28,878 nucleotides of DNA from Bacteroidaceae bacterium. GTDB taxonomy: Bacteria; Spirochaetota; Spirochaetia; Sphaerochaetales; Sphaerochaetaceae. Positions 25,497-28,878 of this stretch are shown here, piece by piece. Positions within the stretch are counted from its first letter, which is position 1, and the number at the start of each line of letters is the position of its first letter. A model generated the notes under the pieces. That model worked only from the letters and a program-made list of their open reading frames with translations, searched no databases and was not told where the DNA came from. The position numbers were made by a program, and so were the translations under genes. The stretch lies in the NCBI GenBank assembly GCA_963628205.1, contig CAVGEF010000110.1, forward strand, positions 1-28,878. Direction: 5' to 3'.

Positions 25497-26344
25497 TTTG
25501 CACCTCCGTTAACAGAACTTGCACCAAGCAATGCCTCAATTGCCCGCTCTTCGTCTTCATGGCTTACAGTCATGCTGTGATTGGCTTTAATACCCTCACC
25601 CGGCAAATAGCCTTTGCTCTTTATTGTATCAAGAATAATCATGCTGGGCATATCTTTAACCTCTTTTGCACACTCAACGGCATGTGCAATTTGATTGAAA
25701 TCGTGACCGTTGATTCTTTGGACATGCCAGCCAAAACCAAGCCATCTAGTATCAATATTATCCATATTAATAATGTCTTGAGTGTATCCGTCCAATTGTT
25801 GCCTGTTGAAGTCGGTAAAGCCAATTAAATTGCCAAGTTTTTGTGTTGAAGCAAACTCTGCAGCTTCCCAAACCTGACCTTCCTGGCTCTCTCCGTCGCC
25901 AAGCATGAAATAAGTATAAGAACTCTCTCCTTTAATACGCTGTCCCAAAGCAATTCCAACGGCAGCGCTTGAGCCCTGTCCCAAAGAACCTGTTGTAAAG
26001 TCAATGCCCGGAGTTTTGAGCATATCGCAGTGGCTGGGAAGATTTGTTCCTCCTTGGTTGAGTGTCATAAGCCACTCTTTTGGAAAATATCCCTTTTCTG
26101 CAAGAGTTGCATAAACGGCAGGACCGGCATGCCCCTTGGAACATACAAATCTATCACGAGCCTCCATATTTGGATTAGATGGGTCAACATTCATCTCATG
26201 GAAATAAAGGTATGTGAGAACTTCTATAATCGACATAGAACCACCAATATGTCCGTTCCCAAGATGAGCAATTTCATGGATTGTAGAAATTCTTAAATCC
26301 GTTGCCTTGGCTTTCAACGCCTCTAATGTTTGAGTGTCAAGCAT
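25493..26344 (-). CDS. Transketolase, N-terminal (ThDP-binding) subunit
   Basis: GHIGGSMS, DRFVCSKGHA, TTGSLGQG, GDGESQEGQVWEA...N, TIKSKG; ATG 26344 with RBS GAGAGGA. Confidence 0.93.
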   Translation of the reverse strand: MLDTQTLEALKAKATDLRISTIHEIAHLGNGHIGGSMSIIEVLTYLYFHEMNVDPSNPNMEARDRFVCSKGHAGPAVYATLAEKGYFPKEWLMTLNQGGTNLPSHCDMLKTPGIDFTTGSLGQGSSAAVGIALGQRIKGESSYTYFMLGDGESQEGQVWEAAEFASTQKLGNLIGFTDFNRQQLDGYTQDIINMDNIDTRWLGFGWHVQRINGHDFNQIAHAVECAKEVKDMPSMIILDTIKSKGYLPGEGIKANHSMTVSHEDEERAIEALLGASSVNGGAK

Positions 26345-26409
26345 AGGTTTTCCTCTCAGTTTTGACAAATTTTAGAGATTTTCACAACTTTGCAAAAATT
26401 CACTTTTTC

Positions 26410-26438
26410 ATTCTATCATTCAGCAAAAATGGTTGCAA
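26410..26438 (-). promoter_or_regulatory. Sigma70-type promoter for the transketolase operon
   Basis: Minus strand TTGCAA-17 nt-TAGAAT with TGn. Confidence 0.7.
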
Positions 26439-26447
26439 TGCACTTCT

Positions 26448-26497
26448 CTAAAAGTACTTTGCTAAAAGCCTTTGCCAAAGACATACTAAAAGCCTTT
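26448..26497 (+). repeat. Direct repeats (CTAAAAGCCTTT) between divergent promoters
   Basis: Exact copies at 26462 and 26486; variants CTAAAAGTACTTT at 26448 and CCAAAG at 26475. Confidence 0.65.
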
Positions 26498-26516
26498 TAT
26501 CATTATTGACTGATTA

Positions 26517-26545
26517 TTGTACTCAATGGCTCATTTTGATAAAAT
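26517..26545 (+). promoter_or_regulatory. Sigma70-type promoter for proS
   Basis: TTGTAC-17 nt-TAAAAT with TGn. Confidence 0.65.
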
Positions 26546-26564
26546 TGCAACGGCAATAAGGGCT

Positions 26565-26583
26565 AGAGGTTTTCAAAACCTCT
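26565..26583. repeat. 19-bp palindromic copy of the dispersed repeat in the predicted proS 5' leader
   Basis: AGAGGTTTT-C-AAAACCTCT. Confidence 0.75.
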
Positions 26584-26629
26584 TAAGCAAGATTTGGCAA
26601 AATAAAAAGCCATAAGGGAGAGCTTAACT

Positions 26630-28351
26630 ATGAGAATGAGCGGACTTTTTTCCAAAACCCTCAGAGAGGCTCCAAACGGAGCAGACTGCAAAGGATATGA
26701 GTATTTATTAAGAGCAGGTTACATAGACCAGCTTGCAGCAGGAATTTTCTCTCTTATGCCTCTTGGATTCAGGTCAATTCAAAAGATATCGGCAATCGTA
26801 AGAGAAGAAATGAATGCGCTTGGAGCACAGGAAATACTCATGCCGGTAGTCAACCCCGGAGACCTTTGGAAAGAAACGGGCCGTTTTTACAGCATAGACC
26901 GTGAAATGAGCCGTTTTAAGGACCGCAATGACCGCGACATGTGCCTTGCAATGACTCATGAAGAATGTGCAACAGACCTTGGAAGAAACGTAATAGATTC
27001 CTACAAAAGACTTCCTCTTTTGGTATACCAGCTTCAAACAAAATGGAGAGATGACCCACGCCCAAGAGCCGGGCTTATAAGAGTAAGAGAGTTCACAATG
27101 AAAGACAGCTACAGTTTTGACAAAGACCAGGAAGGCCTTGAAAAAGTGTACAAAGCCCATTATGACGCTTACTTTAGAATATACAAAAGATGTGGCCTGC
27201 CTGTAATTGCAGTAGGAAGTGACAGTGGAATGATGGGAGGTAAAGTCTCTCATGAATATATGTATCTTTCACCAATAGGAGAAGATACAATCATAACTTG
27301 CCCATCTTGCGGTTACACGGCAAACCGCCAAGTTGCAACATTTCAAAAAGACTACTTTCCACAAGAGCCAAAAGAAAAAGAACTTGTTGCAACTCCTAAT
27401 GCAAAAACCATAGAAGAACTTGCAAGTTTTCTCAACATTTGTGCAACACAAACTGCAAAAGCTCTCTTTATGGTTGGAACTTTCATAAATGACGAAACAG
27501 GCGAAGAGCATACAAAACTCATAGTAGGCCTTATACGTGGAGACATGGAAATTGAAGAAAACAAACTTCAAAATGCAGCAAAAGCCAACTCTTTAAGACC
27601 TGCTCATGAAGACGAAATCAAAGATGCAGGCATGGTTCCCGGCTTTGGCTCACCTATTGGAGCAAAAGAAGGAACAGTCGTAATCGTTGACGACTCTGTT
27701 GCAAAATCCAACAACCTCGTTGCAGGCGCAAATAAAGAAGGCTATCACTATCTTAATACAAACTTTGGCATTGACTACACAGGCATTGTTGCAGACATTG
27801 CAAGCGCAGCCCAAGACTACAAATGCCCTGTTTGCAAAAAACCTCTCAACTCTTCCAAAGGTATTGAAGTGGGTAACATTTTCCAGCTTGGAACACGCTA
27901 CTCAGAGGCAATGAATTGCTACTACCAAGACGAAACCGGTGCCCGCAAGCCTGTCATTATGGGTAGCTACGGCATTGGAATAGGTCGCCTTCTAGCTTGT
28001 CTTTGCGAAGAATACAACGACGAAAGAGGGCTTAAGCTCCCAATTGCAGTCGCACCGTATCAAGTCCACTTTATTAGCTTAATCAAAGAGACCAATACTG
28101 CTGAGCAAATCTATCAAGAGCTTCAAAATGCAGGTATTGAAGTACTTTATGACGACAGAAAAGAAACAGCCGGCGTAAAGTTTGCTGACGCTGATTTAAT
28201 TGGCGTTCCAATTAGAATTACTCTTGGCAACAGAAGTTTCAAAGAAGGCAAATGTGAAGTCAAACTGAGAGCATCCCAAGAAGAAACTCTTTCTTTTGAC
28301 CTTGACAACCTTGTTGATGAAGTCAAAACCCTAATTGCAAAAATCTCATAA
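26630..28351 (+). CDS. proS: Proline--tRNA ligase (bacterial type with INS editing domain)
   Basis: LLRAGYI, MTHEE, KWRDDPRPRAGLIRVREFTMKDSYSF, GIEVGNIFQLG, MGSYGIGIGR, GVKFADADLIG. Confidence 0.97.
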   Translation: MRMSGLFSKTLREAPNGADCKGYEYLLRAGYIDQLAAGIFSLMPLGFRSIQKISAIVREEMNALGAQEILMPVVNPGDLWKETGRFYSIDREMSRFKDRNDRDMCLAMTHEECATDLGRNVIDSYKRLPLLVYQLQTKWRDDPRPRAGLIRVREFTMKDSYSFDKDQEGLEKVYKAHYDAYFRIYKRCGLPVIAVGSDSGMMGGKVSHEYMYLSPIGEDTIITCPSCGYTANRQVATFQKDYFPQEPKEKELVATPNAKTIEELASFLNICATQTAKALFMVGTFINDETGEEHTKLIVGLIRGDMEIEENKLQNAAKANSLRPAHEDEIKDAGMVPGFGSPIGAKEGTVVIVDDSVAKSNNLVAGANKEGYHYLNTNFGIDYTGIVADIASAAQDYKCPVCKKPLNSSKGIEVGNIFQLGTRYSEAMNCYYQDETGARKPVIMGSYGIGIGRLLACLCEEYNDERGLKLPIAVAPYQVHFISLIKETNTAEQIYQELQNAGIEVLYDDRKETAGVKFADADLIGVPIRITLGNRSFKEGKCEVKLRASQEETLSFDLDNLVDEVKTLIAKIS

Positions 28352-28361
28352 CTTGGGCTAA

Positions 28362-28871
28362 TTACAGTCCAAGTTGTTTGAGAATAGTAATTATATAAGC
28401 TCTTTTTTCACGGCGTGCATACTCCATGACATTATGACCTTGCCAGTCGCAAATGTTGATGTCTGCACCGCAAGAAAGGAGTTCTGAGAAAATTCTGGTA
28501 TTGTCGTTTGCCTGAACTGCCATAATAAGGGGAGTTTCTCCAAGGTAGTTTCTTGCATTGATATCAGCACCGGCATCAATAAGAGCCTCTATGACTTTTG
28601 GATTTGAACACTTGTTGGCGGCAAGATGCAAAGCATTTGACCGGTACTTTGGTTCGACTGCATGGATATTTGCCCCATCATGAATCAACGCTTTCAGTAC
28701 AACCACATGAGTGTTATATTGAGCGGCAAGCATTAAAGGGCTCATGCCCCAATCGTTTACGCAGTTGACATCAGCACCCATTTTCACAAGATCATGTATC
28801 TCTTTAGCTTTAGTTGCAGATACTGCTGCAGAAAGAAGTTTCTTGTTCACCATTTTTTGCTTATTTGTCAT
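28362..28871 (-). CDS. Ankyrin repeat protein (about four repeats)
   Basis: GADVN..GMSPLMLAA, GANIH..NALHLAA, GADINARNYLGETPLIMAV, GADIN. Confidence 0.88.
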   Translation of the reverse strand: MTNKQKMVNKKLLSAAVSATKAKEIHDLVKMGADVNCVNDWGMSPLMLAAQYNTHVVVLKALIHDGANIHAVEPKYRSNALHLAANKCSNPKVIEALIDAGADINARNYLGETPLIMAVQANDNTRIFSELLSCGADINICDWQGHNVMEYARREKRAYIITILKQLGL

Positions 28872-28878
28872 TTCCCAC

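Noticed and set aside
24552..26344. Split transketolase as a frameshifted pseudogene
   Set aside because: Two-subunit transketolases are common; the second gene has its own GGAGG RBS and an ATGA overlap.
27830..27846. GTTTGCAAAAAACCTCT inside proS, resembling the dispersed repeat
   Set aside because: It encodes the conserved CPVCKKPL segment and has an extra A, so protein constraint explains it. It would matter only if coding copies prove enriched genome-wide.

Overview
An AT-rich, gene-dense chromosomal window of mostly housekeeping genes, probably from a spirochaete (Sphaerochaeta/Treponema-like; inferred from the rplU-rpmA-obgE-nadD-yqeK-[LCP slot]-rsfS order, the short ObgE and a spirochaete-like lipobox). 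In order: 3' end of rsmA, mtaB, a stand-alone E2-like acyltransferase, birA, argS, a TetR regulator with its operator, the obgE operon, an N-acyl-D-amino acid deacylase, an HTH-Fic protein, a Cof-type HAD hydrolase, an EEP phosphoesterase, an OmpR/BaeS-like two-component pair, copA, pdxK, an L-cysteine desulfidase, aspS, a PD-(D/E)XK-like hypothetical, a split transketolase, proS and an ankyrin protein. No rRNA, tRNA, CRISPR array, integrase or transposase was seen. The most notable signal is non-coding: a dispersed repeat with consensus GAGGTTTTTGCAAAA occurs in about 11 intergenic regions. It appears as a 75-bp element with 15-bp terminal inverted repeats and a 4-bp flanking duplication (20367-20441), as shorter hairpins, as a collapsed 20-bp palindrome and as solo ends. 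This looks like a very small MITE/REP-like family that overlaps terminators, promoters and RBSs. Four proteins appear to have lost catalytic residues (E2-like, LCP-like, Fic-like, PD-(D/E)XK-like), and short tandem duplications are frequent. All calls come from reading motifs by eye, without database searches.
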